From assembly GCA_951406725.2 (NCBI GenBank), contig OX597822.1, forward strand, positions 6,014,001 through 6,078,000: a stretch of DNA of 64,000 bases. The letters are read 5' to 3'. The notes beneath the pieces are model-generated. The model saw only the letters and a list, made by a program, of their open reading frames with translations, searched no databases and had not been told where the DNA came from. A program made the position numbers and the translations under genes. This DNA is from Octopus vulgaris. Lineage: Eukaryota. The first letter of the stretch is position 1. Every line of letters starts with the position of its first letter. Below, in pieces: positions 39,709 through 52,992 of this stretch.

Positions 39709-40699
39709 CATATATATATATATACGTGAGGATAAAGAATAGTTGGAGCAGTAAGTATGGTTAGTGCTGTTGTTGTGATTGCAATGGCGGATTAGGTTTC
39801 CATTTATAATACGGATATCAATTAAAGAAGAGAACAAATTTTGGAATTCGGTTTAGTGATATAAGTAAGCTCCTATATATCTAAACCGAAACTTCGACAT
39901 AGTTCCGACGCCTACTCGCAGTCAATTCACACAACCTACAGTATTCTGGTTCAATAAAAAGCATGAAGATCACGACATCCGATTTCTTCGCATTGATAAG
40001 TAGATTTTCGTTGCCATTGTAAGGTAGTTATAATTGCTCAGGCCTTCAAAATAGGCAGTATGGGCAGGGCTGATAAATCTCCTTCTTTACTACCATTACA
40101 CGAGTGAGACTCTCGGTTACATGCAAACAGCAAGAAATCGTATTTAAATGATGCAATAATGCAATATAATAATTTCAAACATGCACAAAATAAAAAGAAG
40201 TTCAGAAATTACTCATTTTGCACTCCACTATCCATTTTGCCTTATGCGTCGTCAGCTCAATAAAGGCTGACTTGTGGGTAAAATGATAACACTAATACCA
40301 ACAGCATCAGCAACGACAATAACAAAATTATGACAGGAAACTTAATTTATCGACTCCGAAAGGATGAACGGCAAAGTCGACCTCAGCGGAATGTGAACTC
40401 AGAACGTAACGGCAGACGAAGGACCGCCAAGCATTTCGCCCGACGTGCTAACGTTTCTGCCAGCTCGCTGCCTTTGCAAAGGGACTTCTTGTAAACCAAA
40501 TCTTAGTAAAATCATTGAAATGGTTGACAGAAACCTAAAAATGCACTTGCAATTTACTCTCAAATGTCTCAAACAGGTTCAATAAATGGCAAAAAGGCTT
40601 GGGAACGTCAGAGAAACAGATCTGGCTCGGAAGGTGTCCTAGTGTGTCACAGGTTGGCCTCGGTCGTCATTCTGCTACTGTGGTCAAACAATCTTCAAG

Positions 40700-43200
40700 A
40701 AGTAAAAAAAAAACATCCTTTGAATTTTGGCTGTTGGAATGTGTGCACACTTCTTGATGATAATTTCTACTAGAGGCCAGAAAAGCATACTGAACGTATT
40801 GCAAGTGAGCTTAAAAAATAATCCCTTGATATAGTTGTACTCTTTGAAACTCGGCTCTTTGGTGAGGGTCAAATAAATGAACCTACTTATGGATAAACTA
40901 TCTTCTGGGGAGGCCTACATGAGGGCCAGCGTAGAGAATCTGGTATTGTGTTTGCTCTCAAGAATACATTAGTATCCTCCATTGCAGAATTTCCAAGTGC
41001 TATATCTGAACGAACCATATCATGCCGTATAAAACTGACAAAACTTAGGTTTCTTACCGTTGTCAGTATTTAAGTACCAACAATGTCTCATTCTGATGAA
41101 ACTGTAGGACCGTTTTATGATAATCTAGCACAATTATTCAAGAAGTACCAGTTTCTGACAAGCTAGTCATATTGGGAGATTTCAACGCAAGAGTTGGAAG
41201 TGACTACGTTTCATGACCTGTTTTAGGCCGATTTGGGATTGGAAAATGTAATAAAAATGGAGTAGCTCTTTTGGCGTTTTGTACTAAGAATAATCTGGTT
41301 GTCACCAACATTCTGTTTAAGCAGAAAAATAAATACAAAACTACCTGGATGCACCCAAGATCTAAGCACTGGTATCTCATAGATTATATTCTGATCAGAA
41401 AACGTGATATGAAAGACGTTTCTAGCATTCGGGCCATGAGAGGAGCAGAAATCTGGACTAACCGTTGTCCAGTGCGTGGAAAAATGAATTTTTCGATAAT
41501 GCCTAAAAGTCGACAGTCTATTCCTAAGGTACCCCAAAAGTTAAATGATGCAAACTTCAAATTACCAAGCATCGTGCAAAGATTCCACGCTGCTATAGAG
41601 AGTATCAATCTCGATCCAAACAATCTGTGGGAAGATTTCAAAACAAAAGTATTTCAGGTTGCAAGTTCTTCAGTGAGATTTAAATCGCATAAGGCCAACG
41701 ACTGGTTTTCAGACAAATCACCAGAAATTCATGATCTACATTTAGAAAAACAAAACTTAGATAATACCCTTCTTTCTCAGTCCTTGAACTCCAACACAAA
41801 CGAAGCTTACAGGAAGCTGAAAGGGAAATTGTAGACTGCTGTAAGGAAAATCAAACAGGAATGGTGGAATGACAGAGCAAAAGAGGCGCAAGAAGCAGCT
41901 GATAGAAATGATGCCAAGGGTTTATACTCCTATATTAAGGAGGTATAAAGCCCCAAATCTTCTTCAATAGCTCTAGTGAGAACATTTGCTTTTGACTGAT
42001 ACCGCTTCTATTCATAAACGTTGAATAGAACATGTTTCTGTACTTCTGAATATACCATCATCCGTTGACATGAGGATGATGAAAAAAAATCGAACACATT
42101 TCAGTTATAGTGGAGATGGCATTTGAATCAACTCTAAATGACATTTATTTAAATGTGAATAAGCTGAATAAAAATAAGTCTCCAGGTTCTGATGGAATCT
42201 GTGCAGAGGTCTTAAAATATAGTGATGACAAAATGATTGAAATCTTAAATATAATGATTTGTCACTTTTGAAGAACTGAGGAAGTGCCTCAAGACTGGAT
42301 TGGTGCTATTTTAATCTCCTTGTATAAATCGGGCCCAAAGGATCTGTGGTAATTTTCGAGGGATTTCGCTTTTGTCTGTAGTTGGAAAGCTACTTGCCCG
42401 CATTCTGTTAGAACGTTTAAATACCTCCATAGTTCCAAATATAGTGTCTGAGTCTCAATGTGGTTTTCGCTTCTCTAGGGGTACGGTTGGTTGTATCTTT
42501 ACTATCAGACAACTTCAGGAAAAGTGCATTGAACAGAATCTTGCCCTATGCCATTGTTTTGTTGATTTAAACAAGGCATTCGAGACTTTTAATCGAAATG
42601 CCCTCTGGCTAATTCTAAAGAAAATGGGTTGCCCAGGAGAAATTGCAAACATGATGAGGGCTTTGCATTAAGATATGAAGGCTAGAGTTAATTTTGGTGG
42701 TAGACTCTCTGAATCTTTTGCCGTGGAAAATGGAGTAAAGCAAGGAGACCTTGATGCACCCATCCTCTTTGCAACATACTTTGCTGTTATGCTGTCACAC
42801 ACTTTTCAAAACTCTGAGCAGGGTATTTACATAAAATAACTAACTACAAAGAATGTTTTTAATCTGACCAGAATGAAATTCAAATCAAAGGATTTTACTT
42901 TACTCATTAGGAAACACTTATACGCTGACGATTGTGATCTAGTTAGTCACTCTGGAACGGGCCTGCGACCTTTTGTATCTGCATTTGACTCAGCTTGTGA
43001 GGATTTTGGCTTGACCATCAACTTGTAAAAATAAAACAGTTGTAATGTATCAACCTGCATGTGGTGCTGTTTGCAACCTCCCTAAAATTTTCGATAAGGG
43101 AAAGTTACTTGAAGTTGTTGACTCTTTCATCTACTTTGGAAGCTCTGTAGAAAATGATGAAAATCTGGACACAGAAATACATCTGCGAATTCAAAAACGA
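40700..43200 (+). pseudogene. Decayed RTE/BovB-type LINE ORF (APE endonuclease plus RT), 3'-truncated
   Basis: GCWNVCTLLD, ETRLFGEGQ, LGDFNARVG, TTWMHPRSKHWYLIDYIL, SESQCGFR, FVDLNKAF, GVKQGD and LYADD. Many stops. Confidence 0.95.
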
Positions 43201-43706
43201 AGGTGCGCGTGCGTGTGTATGTAAGAGTGCGTAAGTGTGTGCGTGTGGATAGGGGCTGGTGACTTTGACGTGGGATATGTGTGCGTCTGTAATGTGTGGG
43301 TGCTGATAGGTGGTCAGTGCTAGTGTGTGCGGGGTGGTGAGATGTGGTGTGGCGGTGTTGGGGGTGTGGAGATGTGAGTGTGGGGTGTGGGTTTGAGCTG
43401 AGGATGTGGGGGTAGGGTGGAGTATGTGAAAATGGGGTGGGGTGGTGGGGTTGGGATGTGTATCGTGAGGTGGGGATGGACGGGGTAACGATGAAGGTAG
43501 AAAGTGGGTAGGAGTGAAGAGAGGAAGTGGGTGTGAGATGAAGAAAGGAGAGGAGGGGAGGGTAATTAAACCCATGTGGCGCAAAGGAGCGAAGAGAGAA
43601 GATTAATTCCTATTCACGGCAAAGGCGGGAGTCCGGATGGCCCCTGTGCAAAGACAATCCCAAAACAGACAGGTGTTGTAATGAATGACCAGTAGAGCGG
43701 AAATGG

Positions 43707-43743
<37 letters not shown>

Positions 43744-44006
43744 CATAATAATGAATGTTTTTTGAATTACATAGGCAGCATATCATATTAGAGCAACGAA
43801 CGATTTCCATACAAAAAGGAAGAATGAAAATGAATGTAACTAAAGACCCCACCTTGACAATCGCTAAAGGAAATTTATAGTTTCTGTACATAAAAAGTCA
43901 AATAATCCTGAGTCTACTGCAAATGCTCCTCTGAAATTGCAGTATATTTTAGATTTGTTATGATATTTAAAGTAGAATTAATTGAATTATTTCAAAGAAA
44001 ATTATA

Positions 44007-44421
44007 GAAATAATACATTTCTAAATATCTCAGAGCGATTTATGCAGTATTGGTACGATAAAGCAGTTGTATACTGTCAACTAACTGTGACAGTCCCATA
44101 AAGGGAATCATACTACTGCCAATCAGCCCTAGGAAGCAGCAACGCCTCCTGTCGGCCTTGACACATTTCCTGTGTCGTTATGTTTACAAGGGGGAGATAA
44201 GCACCTCCACCCAGCTAAGCCTGCATCCAGAGACTAGTTTCTGAGTCATTGCTCGTCATCAGTCTGGAGTAGCATGGCCTGCTAGTTGGAGATGCATATC
44301 TAGCTCTTGTAAACGTATAAGAATTCTAGTGAAATACATTCACTGATGACAAAAATAGAAATAATACATTTATAAATATCGCAGAGAGATTTATGCAGTA
44401 GTGATACGATAAAGTAGTTAT
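44007..44421 (-). mobile_element. Small retrozyme-like element with ~60 bp terminal direct repeats and a 13-bp TSD
   Basis: Repeats at 44004-44068 and 44355-44419. aaagaaaattata at 43994-44006 and 44422-44434. Contains a hammerhead. Confidence 0.7.
44226..44268 (-). ncRNA. Minimal type I hammerhead ribozyme
   Basis: uccaga-CUGAUGA-cgag/caauga/cuca-GAAA-cuag-UC-ucugga. Perfect stem I, palindromic acuagu stem III, GUC site. Confidence 0.85.
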
Positions 44422-44479
44422 AAAGAAAATTATATTTTTTTAAAATATAAAATTAGTGTTCTGATATCTGTTTAGTTTA

Positions 44480-46750
44480 TTAAAGTATTCACCATGTCGA
44501 AAACAAAGCGTGTACAAAAGAAAATTACTGCAGAAACAAAGAAAGAGAATATGTCTAAAATTGCAAGAAGTATCAGCTGAAGTATTCGTAGTGAACAAAT
44601 CTACGAAATGTGCCATTTTGAACAGAAAAGATGAACCTAAGAAGTATTGATCAGCAAAGATATAAGTTGGTTTTATAATAGACGTGCCTCGCATACATAT
44701 GAGATGAAAAATCTCATGGTAAAACAATTAGACAGTGACTTATTGGGTGAGGGTTTCCTTTTAAAAAATGCCGAGTCTCGTTACGTACATCGTGAGTGTG
44801 ATGCTTCTGATATCATTGCTGTTAATGGTTCAAGACCAGTAACAATTAAATCTAGTAAGGGGTGGGTTTAATATTTAAAGAAATGTTGGATCATTCAGAG
44901 TTTTGTAGAGTACGGCAAAGCTATCAACTGAGAAAACGTCACTGTGGAAAAATATTTTACGAGATGGTGAAGAAAGATAATTTCTGTGTTCTGCAGGTTT
45001 TCAATTACGATGAAACTGATAAATATGTCTAGAAGGTCCTACAGAGGAGGAGAAAATATTGCCTGAGCATAAACCGATGAAGGATAGGATAACGTCTCTT
45101 CTTTGCGCCAAGTCTCAAAGGATTTGCAGATAAAATCACTATCGTTGTTACATTCTTGGTATCACATGACCTTCAAAGAATCACAAGAACTCGTTCGATG
45201 TCGAATACGCTCTCGACTCAAAAGCTTGTGTGTTTTCTTATGTGTTTTCTCCCGCCCACTGCTCTTGATCTATCGTAAGGGAAAGGGTTTTCAAATGCTC
45301 TCTCTTCTTGTTATGGAAAATGCTTCTGTAGATCGTCCTAATTTCATAGACTAAATACCAAAAAACGTTTGATTTTTATCAAAGCCATTTCCTGCTTCTC
45401 AGTATCATATCTCTGCTATAACACATGCATCAACAGATGTACGTAGCTACCTCAAGGAACTCATTTGGTGTTGAATATATTTTCAACCCAGTTGCTTGGG
45501 TTACCAAGATTTACTTACAGCGTGGTTCATCGAGGTATTTTCTCCTCTCCTCCTGTACTTGATATTCCTCACGCAAAAGGATCTTCCAGTGCACGGACCT
45601 TTCATTATGAATAATGTTCTAGCAGGCCTTTCTAAACTCAAGGACCAAATACCTATTTCTTTATTACCCACAAGGGGCTAAACACAGAGGGGACAAACAA
45701 GGACAGACATAGGTATTAAGTCGATTACATCGACCCCAGTGCGTAACTGGTACTTAATTTATCGACCCCGAAAGGATGAAAGGCAAAGTCGACCTCGGCG
45801 GCATTTGAACTCACAACGTAACGCAGACGAAATACCGCTAAGCATTTCGCCCGGCATACTAACGTTTCTGCAAGCTCAAGGACCAAATACCACAGACGTT
45901 TGCCTTTATCAAAGTCTCTTTCCTTCCAAAATTATCCCACTGCTACAGCTGAAGAATCAGCAAATATTACCAAATTTTAAAAAGCTTTCTAAAAAAAATA
46001 TCTATTCAGAATCTGTTTTGATATTAAAAGAGTTTCAGAAAAATACTACACCACAATTGCAGATACTGTGAATCCGTTAATAGTGAAAACATGGGGAAAT
46101 TTTCTTCTAAGGACTTGAATTCTTCTTGGAGACTTCTGTAGTCTTCAAGAAACTTCGGGATATTTGAGATAGAGCCTGTAATAAAAGAAATTATGTATTT
46201 GGCCAATGTATTTGGACTGGAGGTGAAAGAAAGAGGCATGAATGATTTCAGTGAGATGAGAAAAGGTCTATTATATCGATGAAGGAGGTTCATCTGGAAG
46301 AGATGGAATCCTTGCAGCAAGGTCTGGATTCTGAGAAGGAGAATTAAAAAAAAAGCCTCAATCAGTAGAATAACTGAAGAAAGTTTTGTTTGTTTGTGTC
46401 GTTAGTTTAATACAGGGTGAAAATATATCATACTTTCTTAGAGGATCTTAAGTCAAGGGTTAGGTAGCTTTATGACATAATCTTGCAATACTTTTGAACT
46501 GAACAGAAGATTAGCCCGTGGAAAACCACTGTGAATGCTCAAGAACGTTTTATTCATTTCAATTGAATAATTTTCTTGAGCTGAAGACTTGCAGAGCATG
46601 TCTTGATGTAACCACCTGTGTGTATTTAAAATGCTTCTGGCAAAAACTGGAGATTCTAATGATACTCCTGCAGAAGATAGCTCAGAGATGACTTACTTCG
46701 CCACCCTGCTGGCTTTTACTTTGCCAAACTCAAGTGAGAAACGGAGTGAT
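44480..46750 (+). mobile_element. Decayed Tigger/pogo (TIGD1-like) transposase
   Basis: IKSSKGW, QVFNYDET, EEKILPEHKPMKDRITSLLCA, LNSSWRLL and EPVIKEIMYLANVFGLEV. Nested family A SINE at 45654-45874(-) with TSD ctcaaggaccaaatacc. Confidence 0.88.
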
Positions 46751-47322
46751 TTTTAAATTGTTTCTTTATAATTGTTTTATTATTTAAGTTCTTAATTTTA
46801 CTTTTAAAATATAATTAATCATTCTCACATTTTAGAAATCTTTTATGTTATTTATCATGTAACAAATTCTGTCTTATTTTCATGTCTGTCTCATTCGTTT
46901 AACAAGGAGAAAGAGAAAGAAAGAAAGAGAGAGGGGAAGAGAGCGAGACGGAGAGCGATGTTTGAAAGGCGATGTTAAAATCTTTTCCTTCATTAATTTC
47001 ATTTATTATTTTGTGTCTATTCTCGTTATTATTTATCTCGTACTGCTGTTTGTATTACGTGTATTTATCGAACAAGACCACATGAACTGGAAAGCAAGCT
47101 ATTTTCCCACTCAGCCACGCCTGTGCTAATACATACACATACATACATACATACATACATACATACATACATAGATACATACATACATACATACATACAT
47201 ACATACATGCATGCATACATACATACATATGTATACATGCATACATATCGCCATGTTGGATCGCTAGCTTCTGCACGCATTTTTTTCTCTCCTTGTTTCT
47301 CTCCGTGTTTCTTTTCTGTGTA

Positions 47323-47360
47323 TCTTTCTGTTGAAGAGCGTAGGCTCGAAACGTTAAAGA
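47323..47360 (+). ncRNA. Minimal type I hammerhead variant (core CUGUUGA)
   Basis: ucuuu-CUGuUGA-a-gag/cguagg/cuc-GAAA-cg-UU-aaaga. Lies in a ~220 bp element (47245-47462) between microsatellites. Confidence 0.7.
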
Positions 47361-47461
47361 CTTGTTTTATTTATATTCCTGAGCGCCATACTAATACAAT
47401 TGTTTGTTTGTATTCCTACCTGCCTTTGTCTTTTGTTTATTTTCATAAGGAGAGCTTCCCG

Positions 47462-47560
<99 letters not shown>

Positions 47561-47899
47561 TGTGTGTGTATGTGAGAGAGAGAGTTAATGTACGACAAAA
47601 GAAGAGATATTACGGTTATCACTGTTTCTGTTAAGTAAGCGTGTACTCTGAGTTGAATGCTAGAGCAGCATCTTAAAGCTTCTCTGGAACTGCTTCAATG
47701 GAGTGTTCGTTATTGCTGAAAGCTTTTAAATACATAAACATACTCTGCCGGTCAGCAGCACAAACCAGAAGTATTCAATTGACGGAATACTTTGCACGCA
47801 AAGTTTTGAATCGTTGGAAATTTAGGAATATGTGTCAGAGTCAGACTCCATTAGTTTAACTATAAATTTCTTGATGACGAAGTCCAAATAATCACCTTT

Positions 47900-48015
<116 letters not shown>

Positions 48016-48665
48016 ACACGCAGAAGTTGTTCGGTCATTAAAATCGATTTGGACTAGAAACTTTTTCCTTTTTTTATTTTTTACAACAAATAAATCATTA
48101 TTCTTCCTGCGCCATATTTGATATTGAGTTACAAATAAACAAATGTTTGTTTCTTGTGTATTCTCTCACAAAGAATTACTTCAAACAAAACAAGTTCGAG
48201 ACTCGAACTGCCCTCGTCTATTTTGACAAGAGAAAAAAGTTTAACCATATCCCCAAAATAGCAGAAAGAAGCAAAAATTATGTTACCGGAAGTCCCGATA
48301 CGACTTCGCTTTCCGATGCAAAAGTGAAAGCGAAGTAACGTTTAACGTTGCAGCCGAGAATTGAAGCGACCCAGCAGCAGATATTCGACTCTATATGAAT
48401 TCACACAATAACATTAATATTTGAGGATTTTAGTATTGCTTACACATACTAAGATTCATGAAACTCTTAATTATTGTTTTACTTTTCTTTTATTTCTTTT
48501 GATCGTTTGAGTGATTTGACTACGGCCATATTGTGGCACCGCCTGGAGGGGGTTGGATCGAATAAATCGGTCCTTGTACTTTAGGTTGCTGGAACATTAA
48601 CAACACAACATCGATTGTCAAGCGCTGGAGGATGAACAAACACAGACACAAAGACATACATAGAC

Positions 48666-48752
<87 letters not shown>

Positions 48753-49004
48753 GATTCATAAATACACACACAAATACACACGCACACACACATACACACA
48801 CGCGACAGGATTCCACACAGTTTCCGTGTACCAGTTTCACTCACAAGTTATTGGTCGGTCCGGAGTTCTTGTAGGAGATATTTACATTCTTCACAATAAA
48901 GTCAAACATGCAAAGACTGCTCTCTATCGTAGTAGCACAAAGTCCACCCATCGCCTTAACACTGCCTCTTGTTTCAGATATATAAGATTTCTTATAATGA
49001 GGTT

Positions 49005-49378
49005 TGGTGGACGCGCAATGGCCCAGTGGTTAGGGAAGTGGACTTGCAGTCGTAGGATCGCAGTTTCGATTCCCAGTGAATGTTTATCGAGTGAAAACAC
49101 CTAAAGCTCTAGGAGGCTCTGGCATGGGTGGGTAGTGAACCCTGCTGTACTCTTTCACTTCAACTTTCTCTTACTCTATCTTCCTGTTTCTGTTGTACCT
49201 GTATTTCAATGGGCCAGCCTTTTCACACTGTGTGTCACGCTGAATCTCCACCAAGAACTACGTTAAGGGTACACGTGTCTGTGGATTGCTCAGCCACTTA
49301 CACGTTAATTTCACGAGCAAGCTGTTCCGTTGATCGGTTCAACTGGAACCCTCGTCATCATAACCGACGGAGTGCCAA
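49005..49378 (+). mobile_element. Chimeric SINE: family D head and core joined to family C tail
   Basis: 5' part matches 51395-51695 (aaacacctaaagctc). 3' part matches 32820-32995. Confidence 0.8.
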
Positions 49379-51394
49379 CAAAAGTGAGGTTTAGATTGCT
49401 GAACGCCGCTTTAGCCTTCTACGCGAAACCCATCTTGGCAATTTCCACTTACTGAAGTGCTTTGCTAACATATGATACCCACTTGGGCCCACACCTCTTC
49501 ATTCATTTACATAAATGACATCAAAAATAATTCTAAGTTACAGAACGCCAATGAGCGAAAAAAATGCTGCTAAACGAGGAAAACATTCGAGCCATTTACT
49601 TTGAAAAGTGGCTGAGAGTATTCCATGGTGTCAAATAGTATTAGAGACCAAGTTGTGTAACTGTTGATAACAGACTAAGGTAGGATCATCCGATTAATAA
49701 TATAATCAGTATGACCTGTGGGATGTGTTCAGGGATTTAGAATTTTATACTCGAGAGAACCTGATGACATCATTCATGTTTTCTCTACGCTTTTTTTTTT
49801 GCTTCAAATTTTGACTCAAGTCCAGAAATTTCGAGGGAGGGTGTTAGTCGATGACACCGACCCCAGTGCTCAACTGGAACTTATTTTATCGACCCCGAGA
49901 AGATGAAAGATAAAGTCGACGTCGGTGGAATTTGAACTGAGAACGTAAAGTGGGAAGAAAATCTAAAAAAAATATTAAGAAATTTGTTGTACACAAAGAG
50001 GTCAATCAGTAAAAAATAAATACGTGGCATAAAAAAGCCCTAATAACTGGGATTGCCTCAAAACACTCAGACATAATTCTCACCAAAACTACCGTGAGAG
50101 CTACATTAGTTATACAAATGTAAATATATTCCACCAACGATTCATCAAGCTTAAAACTTACCTAAGACTGGGCCCCTATGCCATACGACTCATACAAAAA
50201 TCGAACTCACATCACGTTAGAATATCGTGACACGAATTATTAATCTAATTTTTTTTATCTGCGTTATTCAATACTATCATTAAAAATATATCTCATAAAT
50301 TTCAAACGGTATCTGAAAAGTTCCTCTAAGAGATACCAGACAAAACAATGGGACCTCAATGCGTTTCGGACAGCAACACTTTCGTAATCACATAGATCAT
50401 GTTGTTCGGAAATATAGTTTAAAAGACTTTACACGTTATTGCTGTTAAGTTAGACATGGACTGGAGAATATTATAGTTTCTTTCGCTTTACACCGCCTGA
50501 AGTAAGATACAGTCCTCAAAACAAAGGTTCTGGAGCAGAAAACATGTTATATGTGATCGTCCAGATTTTAAAAAAATATAAGACGTATACTCTTTACTTG
50601 TTTCAGTCATTTGACTGCGGCCATGCTGGAGCACCGCCTTTAGTCGAGCAAATCGACCCCGGGACTTATTCTTTGTAAGCCCAGTACTTATTCTATCGGT
50701 CTCTTTTGCTGAACCGCTAAGTGACGGGGACGTAAACACACCAGCATCGGTTGTCAAGCAATGCTAGGGGGACAAACACAGACACACAAACACACACACA
50801 CACATACATATACATATATACATATATACGACAGTCTTCTTTCAGTTTCCGTCTACCAAATCCACTCAAAAGCCATTGGTCAGCCCGGGGCTATAGCAGA
50901 AGACACTTGCCCAAGGTGCCACTGCCCAAGGTGGACTGAACCCGGAACCATTAATTCTATACTATTCTGTAGATTTATATAGGAATACTAAATAATTCAA
51001 AATATATATGAATTATCATTTTCTCTTCTCTGGGGATTCGGTTGCGTTGACGACTCGTGTTGGTCGGCCACATGCCACATGGTCACGGCGAATAAAGAAG
51101 CAGAATCTGGCAGAGATAGAGGACTGACTGGAACATTGCTCGGAGGGCTGTCCGGGACAACCTCAGCAAATACCAACAAAAGGTGGTTGCAACGACGCCC
51201 TGCAACGTTGCATATCCCATACTTGACTTGACCTCTTATTTAGATCTGTGTCAGCCATATTCAAGCAGAGATATGGCAAAATGTGTTCCAGCTGTGATTG
51301 TCACCTATTTGTAGTAATGCTTCTTCAATATATCTCTTTATTTAAGACAATAATACGTTTTTAGAGGAAATTTGACTTCTATATCTACCATTTC

Positions 51395-51695
51395 GTTGTT
51401 CCTTCTCCAGCCATGCCTGGCTCATAAGGGCAGGTTTCCCGGTTTCTTGGCATATAGGTTCCCCACCTGGACGGGATGCCGGTCCGTCGCAGGTGAGCTG
51501 CAAGATTCAGGAGGAAAGAGTGAGAGAAAGTTGTGGCGAAAGAGACAGCAGAAGATCAGCCATTACCTTCTGTCAGAACCGTGTGGAGCTTTAGGTGTTT
51601 CGCTCATAAACACACACATCACCCGGTCTGAGATTCGAACCCGCGATCCCTCGACCGCGAGTCCGCTGCTCTAACCACTAGGCCATGTGCTTCCA
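51395..51695 (-). mobile_element. Family D tRNA(Arg)-like SINE with TSD
   Basis: Head tggcctagtggttagagcagcggactcgcggtcgagggatcgcgggttcgaatctc. Flank tctaccatttc on both sides. Confidence 0.88.
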
Positions 51696-52499
51696 CTCTA
51701 CCATTTCAAGCTACTTCATAAACAGTCTATCACCCGTTTTAACACCACAACCAGAACAGTCGGGTGTCATAAACGGAATCCACTCTGCTGCACGAACTCG
51801 GACCAAATTTCCGGTTTAAAAGTACCTCACTCACTCCAAGCAGTCGCAGAGGCCCTGATACCTGTCATGTGTATTAGCTTCCCACCTGACCAAAAAAAAA
51901 AAAAAAAAAAAAAAGGATAAAATAGAAAATAAATAGAGGCTTTCTAAATGGTTTTTAAGCTAGGTGTTGTATTAGGCCTACAAACAACACTTCTATATCT
52001 GAGCTTCGTGTACGCGCAGACAACAGACCTCTATGCATTCTCTTTCCTCTTGTCGTTCTTCTTGTTATTGCTTTTGAATCTCGATTGCTAATCTAAAACT
52101 ATCCAGCGACAATGCAGCATGCTCTGTCATTTTGCAAGAACTCATGAACAGGTGTTCACTTTATAAGATAATGATAGTCAACTTGGAGTGACTGATATCG
52201 GTGCCATGGCTACGCCGATGATGAATTAATTAGATTCTATCGTGCTCCATTCTGCTGCGGCGGCAACGGCTCTGTTAAGATGACTTCTTTGATAAATTAT
52301 GCAAGTAGAGTTGAATTAGAAACATAAGAATTTTAATAAAAGTAGATCTTTGCATGTCAGTGTTCAGTAAAATATTCCATATAATCAACACCTATGATCT
52401 AAAGCTGTACGAAACCTACGAGTTCTCGAAAGATAGATGTAGTATCTTTTTCTCTTTGATTCTAGTTGTTGTTGTTGTTGTTCTCGCAGTTCTTCTTCC

Positions 52500-52603
52500 C
52501 ATCATCACCATCATCGTCGTCGTCGTCGTCGTCATCGTCGTCATCATCATCATCATCATCGTCGTCATCATCATCATCATGGTCGTCATCATCATCATCG
52601 TCG

Positions 52604-52647
<44 letters not shown>

Positions 52648-52807
52648 GTCGTCGTCGTCATCATCATCATCATCATCATCGTCGTCATCATCATCATCAT
52701 CATCGTCATCATCATCATCGTCATCATCATCATCATCATCCTCATCGTCGTCATCATCATCATCATCATCGTCGTCGTCGTCATCATCATCATCATCATC
52801 ATCGTCG

Positions 52808-52839
<32 letters not shown>

Positions 52840-52992
52840 GTCATCATCATCATTATCATCATCATCATCATCGTCGTCGTCATCATCATCATCGTCGTCG
52901 TCGTCGTCATCATCATCATCATCATCATCATCATCGTCATCATCATCAACAACATAATCATCATCATCATCATCATTATTATTATTATTATC
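52500..52992. repeat. ~490 bp mixed (CAT)/(CGT) trinucleotide array
   Basis: Read directly. It explains the 222, 212 and 163 aa homopolymeric ORFs. Confidence 0.97.
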
